DNA from: the human T2T-CHM13v2.0 reference genome, Homo sapiens
Assembly: GCF_009914755.1 (NCBI RefSeq)
Contig: NC_060928.1
Reading direction: 5' to 3' (one strand)
DNA length: 64,000 bases
Part shown: in pieces, positions 13,921 through 28,897 of the stretch
Position numbering within the stretch: the first letter of the stretch is position 1
Layout of the letters: each line of letters begins with the position of its first letter
Program-made: the position numbers and the translations under genes
The notes under the pieces: generated by a model
Seen by the model: only the letters and a program-made list of their open reading frames with translations
What the model was told of the DNA's origin: nothing
The model's database searches: none

Positions 13921-16900
13921 TTCTCAGATTTATTTCTGAACCTGTGTCTTTTTCTGTGCATCTATGCAGGGAAAAGTTCATCACTTTTCAATTTCTACTC
14001 TACGTGCAATTGTTTTTGAAGTTTCAAAAAGAAAAGCGTAGTCCCTTTAATTTCCCTAGAAGCTGCTCAGACAGTGGGTGTTGAAACAATGTCAGCCATC
14101 TTCTGTGCTTTTATTTCTTTTTTCATCCCTAGTAGAACTAGAATACAGAATCCCAGTATGGAGGATAAGGTCTTTATTGCCTGCCCTAACTCCTGTAGCT
14201 GTTCCTGTGGGTTGTGGCCCCACAGCTGCCTGACTCAACACTAAGGAATGGGGGATGGATAGTTACTATCACGCTGGTATTTACTGATATTAGCGGTAAT
14301 TTTACAGTCGAGCTTTCACTTGGAAGTTGCAAGCATTCAAGTAGACTTCAGAATTCCGCAACAATCACGTCAGATGGTTTCTGCCAGTATAATTAATGTC
14401 TAGGTGGAGAGACAGATTCCTGGCACTTCCTATTTTGTCGTTCTCTCTGATATTACTCACATGCACTTCTTTTTATGGAACTGACCCATGTTAATAAAAT
14501 ACTTCACCACCTGATCTTAGTTTATCCAAGTTGGTTATTCTATCTGTAAGCACCTTACTAAATATGGCCCGTTATTTCTTTATCTTGATTTTAAAATGGG
14601 GAGCCAACAGTTACATAGATAACACATGGTTCTTAGGAGAAGGAGGCGCCTTTATAGCAAATTGGACTACAGTGGGAGGGAGTGAAGCAAAAAGAATAAA
14701 AGACAATAGTTAGAGCAAGAGTTTTGGAAGCCTGAAAGTCAGTTTGTAGTTAATTCTGTTCCAATACTTTGTCTTTTCCCCTCCTTTTTGTCTCTGAGCC
14801 GATATATTCTCCCCTTCTCCCTCCCCCTTTTTAAACTATGTAAAAATATCTTTTGTCTGTTACAATATCTATTCATCAAGAATTCAATGTATCTTTTTTG
14901 TCCACTGACTATATGCATTGTATTTTAAGTTATCATGGTTTTCAATTCAGAGGACCGTTGTTAAAAATAACTTCCTTTCGTAATATAAAAATATTTACAT
15001 ATTTACTTTAATCACAAAAACTTGAGGGGATCCAGCTATGTAAAACTATTTTGTTTAAATTGAAGTTAAAAATATGTGAATTATGAGACTCAACTTTTAG
15101 AAATAATTAATAGAAAAAATTGAGTAACAGTATACTAATAGGCTGAACGCACTGAAAATTACTATTTAGCAGCATATGATTTGTGTCTTTGCTCTCATTT
15201 TGAATCCTAAAAATGATTATTAAATGCATAGTTTTAATATTTTCAGGATTTAATAGCTACCTGATGTCTCAGCAATTTTGCACTGTATTATATTTTCTAT
15301 TAAAAAATGAATAACATTTTTCTTTTAGTGTGCCATTCAAATTCTATTAAGAGAATTTTGCTTTGGCCTCACTTGTCATTCTCCACTCTATTAATATCTA
15401 GTTCTTATTCATTTTACTTTTCAATGGTGTTTTATTTACATTTATTGTTGACTCTGAGTTATTGAGAAGCATAAAACAAAATGCAAAAATAATAATAGTG
15501 TGTTTTAGATAATTATAGTGAAGGCTACTCCTTGCAATAGACGTTTCAAACATACTTATGTAGAAATATTGAAATATTGTAACATTACAACAATATAACA
15601 TAATTTTCTCATTAGCATTTTCTTTCTTTTTGATCACGTGCATAGATCACCAAATAGATTATAGGAAATCTTCCAGAAGTTACTTACACTGAATAACAAC
15701 CATAGGTCGTTGGACTATAGCTCTCTTTCTGAAGACTGCTAAAAAGGTCTTTCTTTAATGGCAAACAGCTTTTACTAACTTCTTGTGATTCCAGAAATGC
15801 TAATCAGCAGTTCTAGTCGGCAGCACATTTATTACACCATGACATGCTGAAGACAGTCAGTTACAAATAGAACTGCCTCTTGAAAAATGCTGCTCCAGTG
15901 TTTTATAATAAAGTGCACCAATTAGATGCATTCATTAGGACAAACTGCTTGTCTTTTTCCATATTAGGGCTTTTAAAAAGGCACACTGTATTTCATAGTT
16001 CACTCTATTCTATATTATTATTAATTGAACAGGGCACATACAGAGTTTTAATCCAATAAATGTAAATACATAATGAGTATTGTTTCCTTCGTGACTGTCA
16101 GATCTACAAGAGCTCACTGTGTTTCATATCCAAGATACATAATGTGGAACAAGTCACTTTCTTTTTCAATGTTTTTCTGTATATTTGAGAAACCATTGCA
16201 ATAAGCAACAACATTGGCTGATAATTTAAAGTTGTCACTTTATTTAAGAATTGATTAGAAGTCTCCTCTAAAATATATTCAAATTTTATTCAGAATAAAG
16301 ATTCATAACCTTACACATATACACACATATATGTTGCCTTATAAACTTAACTTTCTCACATAACTTTATAGCTTGATATTAAAAAACTCCTGGGGGTAAC
16401 TATTTCTAAAGGGAAAATGAAGTAATAAATGTGGAATATAGTCAATAATCTGTCTTTTTCAGGGTGAGAGGGAATGGGATTATTATACAACGCTGTGAAT
16501 AGAATAGAACAAGTTGGTAGGGCTGCTTTTTCTGATGGCAAGAACATTATTTCTCAGTTTTCTTCTTGTACACAAAAACATGTAGTAGCTAGAAATACCC
16601 AGTTCTTCTCTAGAATGGATATAATTTGCATTAGGATGCTGACCTGAATTATAACTATTTCACCATTTAAATGCAGCAGCCTTCAAGATGGTAATACTCT
16701 TGGCCACTCACTTTTATCTATTCATAGTTCATACAGTTTATGTTTTTATGCATTACTGGAAAATGGAAACATTCAGCTCCATGAAGTTTTTGGATTGACC
16801 TCAAACTGGAATAAGAGAATAAAAAGAAAGCATGCCAGTTAATAGAAAAGAATAATACTCTCATTCCTAAATTTTTTCTCCAATATAGATGGTATACTCC

Positions 16901-18053
16901 AGAATGTATACCATCTAGATGTTCAGAGTGAAAAATCTACTTTTAAAAATATTAACAATAGTTTTGTTTTTATTTTTTGCTAGAAACTAACTTTGTTAGC
17001 TGGTGCCATTTGTTAATGCAGTATGTTTAACAAATTTCATTATCACCTCCCATTATTATAGAAAATTTCACTGTAGTCGCAAGCTCTAACATTTTTGATT
17101 ATGAATAACAGTAAGAAGAATATGTGACCTATAAACATTAAAATTATGTAAATAATATCCAGGTTTTGTACTGAAGACATTTAACATTACTTATGGAATG
17201 GAATCCAGCATCACAATACATGGATTAAACAATTTGTATAAATATCAAACATAAACAGCTGGTATGGACATACTGGCTTTTACTGGCTAAATAGTAAAAA
17301 AAGAATATGTAAAACAAGTAAAAATTTTATGAAGTATATTTCTTCTATGTATTAAAAGTGTACACTGTTTTTTGGTACACTGTCTCCTATTTTATTCCAG
17401 TCTATTTCATATTGAAATGTTAGTCACAAACTAGTGCATTAAATCCATGATCCACTAAGAGTCTAGATCTGCAATTTGACAAACATTTCATTAGATAATA
17501 TCATCATAACATTTAAAAATAAATATTTATAGCCCTTCTCTTTCCCAAGGTCATAGTGAAACTTTGGTCATAAATAATAACTCTCCCATCATCATCATGC
17601 ACAAAATAGTTTTAAAATACTCTACAAATATTTAATGGGCCCCATCTAGACACTATGTGATTTGCTATTGTAGCAATCTTCATCAGAAAGATTAAGGACG
17701 TCTTTTTATGTATGTGTTTTGTTTATGATCTGCAAGTTATTGTAATATTTATTTATACCAGTAAAAAAACACTATCAAAATAATATACTTTAGTTCAACT
17801 GGACTCCAGAGTCTTATTTTTATGTTTCTTGGAATTTCAATATGTGATTAAGTATAATTGAAAGATATATTCTAAAATGGGCCAGAATGTTAGTCTTAGA
17901 AAATTTAAAACTTCTCACTCTTTAAATATGTTAAACATTATATGTGTTCTGTAGTTCTTTATATAGGTCCACATATTTAAGAGATGTTAAGATAAATAAT
18001 GTTTTACTTGATATTTATATTCTTATTGTAGTATAAAATTTAATAATATTTAA

Positions 18054-18397
<344 letters not shown>

Positions 18398-18500
18398 AAA
18401 ACATTTTATTTTTAACACCTATGCAGTAGTTTGTAATATCATACTATGCTGATTTTTAAAAGTGCATTATTTGGAAGATAAATATTTATTTTTCTTCATG

Positions 18501-18969
18501 TGTGAACTTCGAAAATTTGAGACAGGTCTCAGTTAATTAAGAAAGTTTATTTTGCCAAGGTTGAGGATGTGCGCCCATGACAGAGTCTCAGGAAGCCCTG
18601 ACAATATGTGCCCAAGGTGGTCATGGCACAGCTTAGTTTTATACATTTTAGGGAGACATGAGACATCAATCAATATATGTAAGAAGTACGTTGGTTCAGT
18701 CTGGAAAGGCAGGAAAACCTGAAGCAAAGGCAGAACTGGAGGCAATCAGGGAGGCTTCCTGTTCACAGATAGGTGAGAGAGGAGGGGCTGCATTCTTCTA
18801 AGTTTCTGATTGGCCTTTCCAAAGGAGGCAATCAGTTATACATCTATCTCAGTGAGCAGAGGGGTGACTTTGAATAGAATTGGAGGCAGGTTAGCCCTAA
18901 GCATTTCCCAGCTTGACTTTTCTATTTAGCTTAGTGATTTGGGGGCCACAAGATTTATTTTCCTTCACA
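18501..18969 (-). mobile_element. MER4A1-type ERV1 solo LTR
   Basis: TG...CA termini and a perfect 4-bp TSD CATG (18497-18500, 18970-18973). The minus strand starts TGTGAAGGAAAATAAATCTTGTGGCCCCCAAATCACTAAGCTAAA, as in MER4A1. Confidence 0.9.
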
Positions 18970-21900
18970 CATGTTAACAAATAAAGTTATGTGTCCACAT
19001 AATTATGATCAAAAAAATCATGGTGACTAAAGAGCCATCATATATCTTTATATCTGAACATATTAGAACTATTGGAAGTAAAACCATGACATAACTGCTG
19101 TCACTTTGAATAAGTGAGACAAACAGAGTGTCAAACAACATCTCAATATCCTCTTATTTTTAGATATCTTTAACTTTATTCTTAGTGACATGAAGCCTTT
19201 GTCTGGACACTCGATAAAAATGACAGTTAAATTTCACATTACTATTATATGGTTTCTTGACATTGTATGTTATAGTACTAATTAAGGTTGTTTTGTCATT
19301 CTTCTTCAGAGGCACGTGTTACTTTATCATCAATGTGCAAAGAGCTCACAAAATGTTGTACAGTATATGAATGCTTAAATAGCAAATCCACAAAAGGTGC
19401 TATAAGACCGGGGGATGTTTTTAGTTTTTTATGGGAATTACAATGGATCTGATGCTTTAAAGTAATGCAAAAGCCATTTTCACCTAATACTAAATTAGAA
19501 GCCAAATAATACATTGACTAGTCCTCACAGGTCTGAGAAGCCAGTGTCGTGAGCACACCTAATAGAATGGCAGATGGACACTGGGCATAAAAAGCCTGGA
19601 TCTCCATAGGGAGGGAGAGCGGGAATGGAAAGGAAGAAAGTAGTTCTTGACTAACAAAGAAAATACATGGCAGAAAACCCAAGAAAGCACAACCTTTGAT
19701 AAAGATTGGATTCCTATACTTTATGCAAGGACAAAAACGGAACATGAATATTTCCTATGAAGAACAAAGAAGGCTTTAATATTGGAAATGACAGCCCAGA
19801 GAAGACAAATGGAGAAATATATAAGAGCATGAAAATACTATGCAAAAATAAAAAAGAGAAATATAAACTGGCTAAAATAGAAACTATTCACTTGGCTGTA
19901 GTGGCGTTGTAATGAGGAAAAATTGAACATTTATATAACAAGAATCTCAAATAATTTGTTTCATATAAATTTGCTTCACTTGACTGATAGTAAATTGGAA
20001 ATCATTCTCACGTTTTGGTGAGTGTTCAGTAATGTGCTGCAAATCCTGTCGACACCTGACAACTGTAGGGACAAGCCTTCCTTGGCCATGGCAGATAGAT
20101 GGATCTCCAGACCAGCTGTAACCTCTTTTATTTTGCTACAACTTCATATAAGATTCTGATGCCCAGAAAAAGCAAACTTGATAAAAAGCACTGCTGTCTG
20201 TTAAATATTTACTTTTATATAAAGATTTACAAGGAATTAGGCCAAATAAAAACACATTACAAAAATAATTTACACCAATGACACATCTGCCTCAATGATT
20301 GATACACTTAAGGGCAGTTTGTTTGAAAGAACCTTTACGATATACGACTTAAAGAATATATTTCATTTAAGTTTGTTTCAGTCTACATTTTTTACTGGTT
20401 TAAATGCAGCATGCCAAAAACACAAAATAAGTATATCAACGACAGGAGAAGTACCTTTAATATTTGTTAAAAATCCCTTTTTCTTTCTAACTCAAAACCC
20501 CGAGATTTAGTGAAAATCCTTAGGATTTTTTTGTCTTGTCTATTCATAATAATCTCCTTGTATATATAGCCTGACTCTCCAAATAATCTTCACTGTTGTT
20601 ATTTCTCTAAAATAAAAACTGGATCCTGTTTTTACTCTCTATCTCATGATTCCCTATGGAGTGAAGTTGTACAAGTGTCTTCATGAGTTTTCTCAACTAT
20701 TTTACAGTCTTTTCTGTCAGAATGGCCACATCCCACCCTTTGGCCACCCATAACAATTTAATACTTTCTAAATATGCCATATTCAATCATGTCTATACAA
20801 CTTTGCATGTTTTTAAATGTTCTCATTTTTCTGAAATGCGTTTTTGTAATTTTTCCCCCAAGAAACTGTTTTCTGTCCTTCAAGCCAATTGCTATGTGAA
20901 ATTGTTACTTACTATTGTAATTATTGGTAACATATGTCTTCAGTCATTACATTATTCAAGGCAAGAAATGGGTTTAGTTCATTTTTATATTCCTATACAT
21001 ATTAAAACAGTCAATAATGTCTGGTTGACTCTAACTTATGGACTAACTAAATTTTCATTGCCTGCTTTTCTAGAAGTTTTTAACATTTTGATTGTGTTTA
21101 GAAATGCAAGGCATATGTATGATGGTAATCAATGTATTATCCCAAACACTCAAGCAAACCAATAAACAAAAAACACAAGCCTCTGAATGTCTATACACTA
21201 AGGGCAAAATTACTTTTGTTGGCTTGGTGTTATTTATGAGTTCCTTTTTAAACTCCCTTACTTTGAAAATATATGCAGCTTCAAACATTTATTTCAAAGT
21301 CTTCTGGAAATAATGAATTGCTTTGCATTGGAAACCACATTAATTTGTTTATTTCATCAGCAGTGAGGCAGCTGTTTTAGGTTGATGCTGTCAGTATTGA
21401 CTATATCAAATTTGAGTTGATTTTTAAATTGATCACTTACCCAGTTACAAGCTAGCCTCAGGTCTTAAATTCTTACTCAGATTTATTAAAGTTACTTAGT
21501 GCTTAAAAAAAGGCATATTGCTCCCCATACTCTGTCAAATCCTTGTAACACTTTTTCTTTGGCATACTGATCAATTTGTTAATTCAGCACATTTTCTATG
21601 GGTAATTACAACACCACTCTTTTAACAATAGGAGAATCATAAGGATGAGGAATATTCATCTAGAGCATACTGTTTAAAAATAATCAGCCCCAAAGGAAAG
21701 TTATGCTTCTCCTCTATAAGCATATTTTTAAGACTGACATGTATAAATTTCTATGTTACAAGGTAGATGCATAAGCTTATCTTTTTCATGTGATGTCCAT
21801 ATTTGAACTTGGAATTTTTTATAAATTGATGTGTTTATATTTGATGTAAACTAACATTTTGGCTTATTTTACTTTTGGCTACCTTTTCCCTTGCCATTTT

Positions 21901-22844
21901 TCCACATTATACAATACAGAAAATTAATAAAAAACCTCTAGAATTTTAAAATTTTATATATAAAATAGCATATATATTATTCGAATTTAAATATAATATT
22001 TTTAAATTACATATGCAAATAATCTTTCACAGAGAAAAATGTCTTCAGCCTTTGCATTTATATGTTTAATTGTAACGTAACTTGTAAATGTGAAAATGTC
22101 CTTTTTTATAAATAGCCTGGTAATTTTTTTTTCTAATTTGATATATTTCTTTTTAACCTAAAAATCATCCCTTCAACTCCAAAAATTATCACCACATACT
22201 TACATGTACTTTTATAATATATGTATATATCATACCAAATGACATCTATCTCTTACCCATTTGCCTGGATGATCATGACTTTCCCTAAGACAGGAAATAG
22301 AAAAGAAGGAATGGGGTAGGACTAGATATAAAAAAAAGTATCAACTATTTCTGTTTTACAAATGTAGATCTTCACCTGCCTGTGACACAAATAAATGGAT
22401 AGTTCTGAGAAAATTTATACATGTGTAAGTATCTCCATAGCTCAGAACTTTTCATAGGGTTGTTTTTTGTTTTTTAGGTTTTTTTTTTTTTGAAATAGAT
22501 CGGAGCATGTGTAAAAGCCTGTGAGAATGAGTCATTAGAAAGCATGAGACTAAGACACAGAGAAGAGAGGAACCATTGTCAAAGTGAGGTTCTTGAGAAG
22601 AAAGCAAAGATGAAAATTACAACCTAGGGATAAAAAATTCGTCTGACAAGAAAGAGAATGATATTATATATTGTAATACATAAAAATAACAAATGTGCAT
22701 GTGCAAGTAAATATCTTGCTCAGAGGTAGAATTTGAGGGGATTACTATGTTATTGCTCATAATTTCTTTTGGAGTAGAAAATGAGTTATTTTCTCAAAGG
22801 GGAGCTTTAAGTGAATATGGGAGATGTTTTGAAATAATCATAGT

Positions 22845-22960
22845 AAAGAAAAGAAAAGGAAAGGAAGGAAGCAAGGAAAGAGAGAAGGGAGGGAGGAAGG
22901 AAGGAAGTGGGGAGAGAAGAAGGGAAGGAAAAGGAAAGTAACAAAAGGAAGGAAGGGAAA
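22845..22960. repeat. GA-rich low-complexity tract, (GGAA)n-like
   Basis: Purine-only run visible directly. Confidence 0.85.
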
Positions 22961-23107
22961 ATAAGAGCAGCATATATGGATCTGGAACATCACTCAGGGT
23001 CTGATGAATTTAGTGGTCATGAATTTAAAAAGGAACCAATCTGCATAATCAAATATCCTCTAACAAGGTAGACTTGCATTCTATAAGTATTTTTATTTAA
23101 GATCGTG

Positions 23108-23432
23108 TTTTTTTGTTTGTTTGTTTTTTGTTTTGTGGGTGTGTAAGATAGGATCTCACTCTTGTCTTCCAGCCTGAAGTGTGGTAGCTCCCTGTAACCT
23201 TGAATTCCTGGATTCAAGACCCCCAGCCTCAGCCTCCCTAGTAACTGAGACTACAGGTGCACACCACCAAGTCCAGCTAATGTTCTTTCTTTTTCTTTTT
23301 CTTTTGTAGAGATGTAGTCTTGGAGTCTTACTACATTACCCAGGCTTGTCTTGAATTACTGGCCTCAAGTGATCCTCCCACTTTGGCCTTCTAAAGCAAT
23401 GGGATTACAGGTATGAGCCACTGCCCTTGACC
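23108..23432 (-). mobile_element. AluJ-type SINE, diverged
   Basis: GGCCTCAAGTGATCCTCCCACTTTGGCC, GGATTACAGGTATGAGCCACTG and TTTTGTAGAGATG (J-type). Degenerate T-tail. Confidence 0.85.
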
Positions 23433-25714
23433 TAGATAGGTATGTTGTATGGACAATGTGATAAGGTAATTGAGTTCATCACATTTAAAATGATAGTCTA
23501 TGACCTAGATATTGATTATTAAAAATATAGAGAGAACAGAGAGACTTAGAAAATAAAGTAGATATGCCAAAGTATTTAAAGAGAGGTTAATTATTTTTTT
23601 GGTATGAGGATATGTATAGACACTTGAATCCAGAATGCTACAGTAAGTATATCTCCTGATTTATATGGTTCAACTATGTAAAACTAATATGCCAAGTTTG
23701 AAATACCTGAAGCAAATTTGCCTACTCCTCTTGGAGTAAGAGTAATTTATATTTGTCTACCTTTGTGGATGCATGGAAGTAAGAGCAAATAACAGTCACA
23801 TATAGCTTGTGCTATTGAAAATGGAAAGTAAATGTAGAAGCACATAGCTTCAGAATTCATGGCTGCATGTATTTTCCTATTGAATGTTTTATGTTTAATT
23901 CTTACTTCATTTAATGACTTTAGTTACAGCTTTTAGGCATCAACCACGCATCGTAATTTATTTTGTTAATAAGATATACAGTGGCATTAAACTTGATTAG
24001 AACTTTCCATCTTGAGGAAGACATGGTAATAGTGTTATTGCATACAGCCACTGTATGATAGCACTTGTTTCCTGTGTGTGTGTGCATGCGCACATGTGCA
24101 TATATAAGTAATTTTCCCTTCATTGCTTTATTACAGGCTACTATCTTAATGCAAGGATTTAGGAAAGACATATTTTCAAAGTTGGTATTTGAAACTTCTA
24201 TGAAACATAGTTGTCTAAAATAATGTTTACTTTATCTATCTCTCTTGAAACTCATAAAAAAGACACAACAAATCTGAAAGAAAAACATCCCTAAAACATA
24301 TAAACAGCTAAAGAGACTCTAAGCTATAGAGATATTTGCCTAATCCTGAGATAGTTACAATAAAATATAAAAAGATGGGTCAAAACAAAACAAAGTACAC
24401 AAATATGAAAATAATGTAAAAACAACAAGATGCACATAATTTTAGAAATCATCATTATTCATAGAAAGTCCATCTTCAATTCCACTGATTAGAATGGTGT
24501 GTTTTATGATTCTGGTCAGATTATAAAATATAACATGATAGAGAAAAGAAGACAAAGCAAAAGCATACACCATTCTTAAACGTAGTTTCTGCCATCCTAG
24601 TATGCCTGCCAAAAATTTAAATTAAAAAAAAAAAAGAAGGCCACGCAGTGACTTCCAGGAAAAACAAAGCGATCTAGTGCTTTCCTGTGAGCAGCACCAA
24701 CTTTTGAAATGTCCTCTTGCTAAGCTAAGGCGATAACACATGTAATCGGAAAGCATTTCAAACAGCAAACAGAAATCTTTTGTGGGCACTTCTCAGCTCT
24801 TTTCCTCTTAAACGCTCCTTAAAAAATCTTTTCAGGAAATTGTTGACTGTATTTACATAAAAGTAATATTCTCCAAGATATAATTATATATACTGTACAA
24901 AAGTTAAAGAACTTATATAACGGAAAGAGTTTTTAAAGAAACTAGTAATTCCAATACCTCAAAAAAATTATGAATAGCATGGTATTACTAAGCAAAACAG
25001 TATAGAAAATAGCAATGGCTCAATGATGAGGCTTGTTTTTAAAGAAAAAATATACAAGTTGACAGAGCTTAGTAAAGAAATAAAAGAGAATAATAAAAAG
25101 AGTATTAGTATACATGTTAACATAAGATTGAAAGCCAAAAGAAACCAACTTAATGTTTAAAATATCTATTGAAAACCATGCTAAATATTGGAGAGAGACC
25201 AGAAGATATGAATAAAAATAAAAATAAAACTGTAGAACTAGAATGCAAACAAAGGAGTTCCAGCATGCACAAAATTAATAGTTCCGAGAAAGAGAGAGAA
25301 AAAAATAAAATTGAAAAGAAAACAATCAGAGAAAGGAAGTTTTGTAAAAAAGATGCAAACATTACAATACAAAAAGCCTATCTTCAACCCACGTTTATAT
25401 CATTGATAGAGGGAGGGAACAAAAGTGTTATTAGCTTGATCCCATATTTCTCCATAGGAACACTAAATATCAGAATTCAGAGAAGCAATATCTATAATGT
25501 TATGAAGGAAATAAATAATACTGTTTTATGAATTTTAGCTCAATCTAATTTTTGCTTCAATATAAAGAGAGTATGCAAGATTAAAGGGATTCAGTTTAGA
25601 AATATTAATCTAGGGTTTTTACATGTAGGCATAATTGAAATTTTCCTCAAATTTTCTTTGAGTGTAGGAAATATTTTTGATAATTAAAACTTATACTGTG
25701 TGAGAATGTAAGTA

Positions 25715-26832
25715 AAAAAAGCTTATACACAGCAGAGAAAACAATCATCAAAATGAAAAGGCAGCCTATCGACTGGAAGAAAACATTTGCAAACTGTATC
25801 TCTGATAAGGGGTTAATATCCAAAATATACACGTAACTCACAGAACTCCACAGCACAAAAATAATAACCCAAACTAAAAAATGGGCAAAGAAACTGAAAA
25901 GACATTTTTCCAAAGAAGACATACAAATCACCAACAGATATATGAAAATGTGCTCAATAGCACTAATCATCAGAGAAATGCAAATTAAAACCACAATGAG
26001 ACATCACCTCACAACTATTAAAATGGCTACTATGAAAGAAACAAAAGATAGTAAGTGTTGGTGAGGGTGTGGAGGAAAGGGAACCCTTGCACATTGTTGA
26101 AATTCAGTCATTACAAAAAGCAGTATGGAGGTTCCTCAAGAAGTTATAAATGGAGCTGCCATATAACCCAACAATGTCTCTGCCGGGTACATAGCCAAAG
26201 GAAATGAAATCAGCACCTCATAGAGATATTTGCACTAGCATGTTCACTGCAATATTATTCACAATAGCCAGTGATAATAGCAAAATAATCAATACTTTAT
26301 GGAAAACTAATTGGTCATCAATGGATGCATGGATAAAGAAATTGTGAATTTGATATACAAGGCAATATTAGCCTTATAAAAAAGAAATAATACCATTTAC
26401 AAAACACGAAAGAACCTTTAGACATTATTCTAAGTGAAATAAGTCAGACAAAAAAAGAAAAATACTGCATGATCTCACTTGTATGTGACATCTAAAAAAT
26501 TTTCAAATACATAGAAACAATAGAATGGTAGTTTCTAGGGGCAGGGAGAAGCAGGAAAGAGAGAAATGTAGGTAAAAGAGAACTAACTTGGAGTTATATA
26601 GGATGAGTAAGTCTAGAGAGTCAATGTACTGCAGGAGACTGTAGTTAATAGTCCTTAGTTGCTTATGAAAATATTGCCTAGTAAATTGATTTTAGGTGCT
26701 CTTACCACTGACAAACAAAAAAGCAGTAGCTACAAAAGACTATGGATATGTTAATTTGCTTTCCTGTAGTAATTATCTTACAATACCTATGTATACTGAA
26801 CATCATGTGCTATACTTGAAATATATACAATA
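25715..26832 (+). mobile_element. L1MA (L1MA7-like) ORF2 end and 3' UTR
   Basis: AAATGGGCAAAGAAACTGAAAAGACATTTTTCCAAAGAAGAC...CAAATTAAAACCACAATGAG, then 3' UTR GTTATATAGGATGAGTAAGTCTAGAG...GATTTTAGGTGCTCTTACCAC. Confidence 0.85.
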
Positions 26833-28648
26833 CTTTTTTTAATGAAGGCACATGTATGAAAAAATAACAGATTGGATAGTTTTTTCCTCCATATTCAAAA
26901 ATACACCCATAACCTAAACCACAGAATCTCACTTCTGAATATAAATCATAAAGAAACTCTTGTGTAAGGGAATGATTATCCATGTTTAAAAATATTTATT
27001 GTATAATTTCTAAAAGAGAAGAATATTAAAATACCCAGGGGTCAATAAGACAAAGCAAATAAAATTGATAATTTTTTAAAATAAAATGTTCTATATATTT
27101 TTAAATAATTAAATTTAAACTACCAGTATCAACATAGATACATTTCCAAAACATATAAAAGGAAAAAAATGTGGCAGTATATTAACATCAGTTGGAAATA
27201 AAAATATTATTTAACAATTAAAAAGTGAGAAAATTTAACAGTTTAGGACAGAGTAAATTGTATTGTTCATAATTATAATATTCTGTATAGTGCAGTAATT
27301 TTAAGTGTTATTAAAATTTTTATTATATTATGGAAATATATATATTACCATAAGCCCTCCTGTTTATATCAATATGTATTTGTCTATATTTATTATACGT
27401 AAGACACTAAATTGACCTAACATGTAACTACAGTTTTTTTAAATGATCTAGTAGTGCTAGAAAAATAATCAATACTTTACAGATTTTTAATTTTTTATGG
27501 TGTTGTGTTGCTTCAAAGTAAATCTGAATATATCTATAACAATTAAAATAACACATTAGGATAAAAGTGTAGGAATTAAGTGTACTATGACATACAGAAG
27601 AAAATATCAAAAGAATCTATACAAGTAATAACTGCAAATATTCATCAGGAAGGTTTTTAATTGCAGTTGATAATTAATATTAATATAGTAATGTTCAAAT
27701 AAAAATATTCATGTGTTTCTTGAGTTTCATTAATCATATGGTAAATCATAAGAATGATATAATTGCTTGTAAGTTAGAGATTACATCTGTATTTGCTTTT
27801 TCAACTTAATTTGATTTGTACTAAATATGTATTGTTGTTAGCTGATTGGAATTAATATTAGTCCATTAATACTCATAAATAAATACAACAAAATATTGAA
27901 ATTTATACATTTTTAAGTGATTTTTAGAAGATAATTTTGGATGAAGAAGAAATATTTGTCAATTAGAATGTGATTTAATAACATTTAGGATGAACTTATA
28001 CTAAACAACCCATATCTTATGTTACTATATTTTGTGACAAAATACAGCTATAATTATGAAAATTAAACTTGATTTTATTGTTAATAGAAGGGAATTCACT
28101 CTTAATTATAAAAGCTCAACAAAAGAAATGTTTTTCATTGACATGTCTACATAAATTACTACTTGTTTTAACTTTATATGTAATCTGATTTATTCAAGTC
28201 TATAAACCTGTCCTACAACACAAATGCACATGTTTATGCAAGCAAATATAAACTTAATTTAAAAACTGTTCATTGTAAATATGTTAATTTAATATTTTTA
28301 TAATACATAAATATAAAGCTAAGCTATGAAAATACTAAGATATGGGCTGATATACAGTGAAAAAACAACCAGAAAAAGTGAATCCTAAAATTGAATAACT
28401 GAAATTTAAATGTAACTCAAAATCATATGTTGCCTGGTTTCTCAGATTTTTTTAAATCTCTCAAATTTTTATTTCTTTTGAAAACTTACTAAAATATCCA
28501 TAAATAGAGCATCTTTCTATTTCTTCTCTAGTGTTCTCATGACTACTGAGATTTTTTTCTATGATATAATCAATGGAGTTTAGTATCTGTGTTCACAAAA
28601 TGTACTTAGCATTATATTTTTGCTTTAATTAACATTGACTTGAAACAG

Positions 28649-28897
28649 AGTATCATTACTAGTGTGAAAATCTAGATGATAATTTATAACACAATAAATG
28701 TTTTATGCCCTATGGAATAAACAAAACTTCAACCTTTTAGAAGCTTTGAAATACCAAATAGCAAATAAGCTTTGAATATCAAATAAGTATCATTATTAGT
28801 GTGAAAATCTAGATGACAATTTATAACACAGTAAATGTTTTATACCCTACAGAATAAACAAAACTTCAACCTTTTAGAAGCTTTGAAATACCAAATA
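28649..28897. repeat. Direct duplication of 112 bp (28649-28760, 28786-28897) with a 25-bp spacer
   Basis: By manual alignment the copies differ at 6 positions, all transitions. Confidence 0.95.

Noticed and set aside
20683-21165. 160-aa ORF in non-obvious sequence
   Set aside because: No recognisable domain, composition typical of AT-rich non-coding DNA, and probably overlapping a decayed L2.
25169-25531. 120-aa Lys-rich ORF
   Set aside because: A-rich decayed sequence, possibly an ancient L1 ORF1 relic. No support as a host exon.
28649-28897. Repeat-spacer-repeat resembling a CRISPR array
   Set aside because: Only two 112-bp units, a spacer derived from the repeat, a eukaryotic context and no cas genes.
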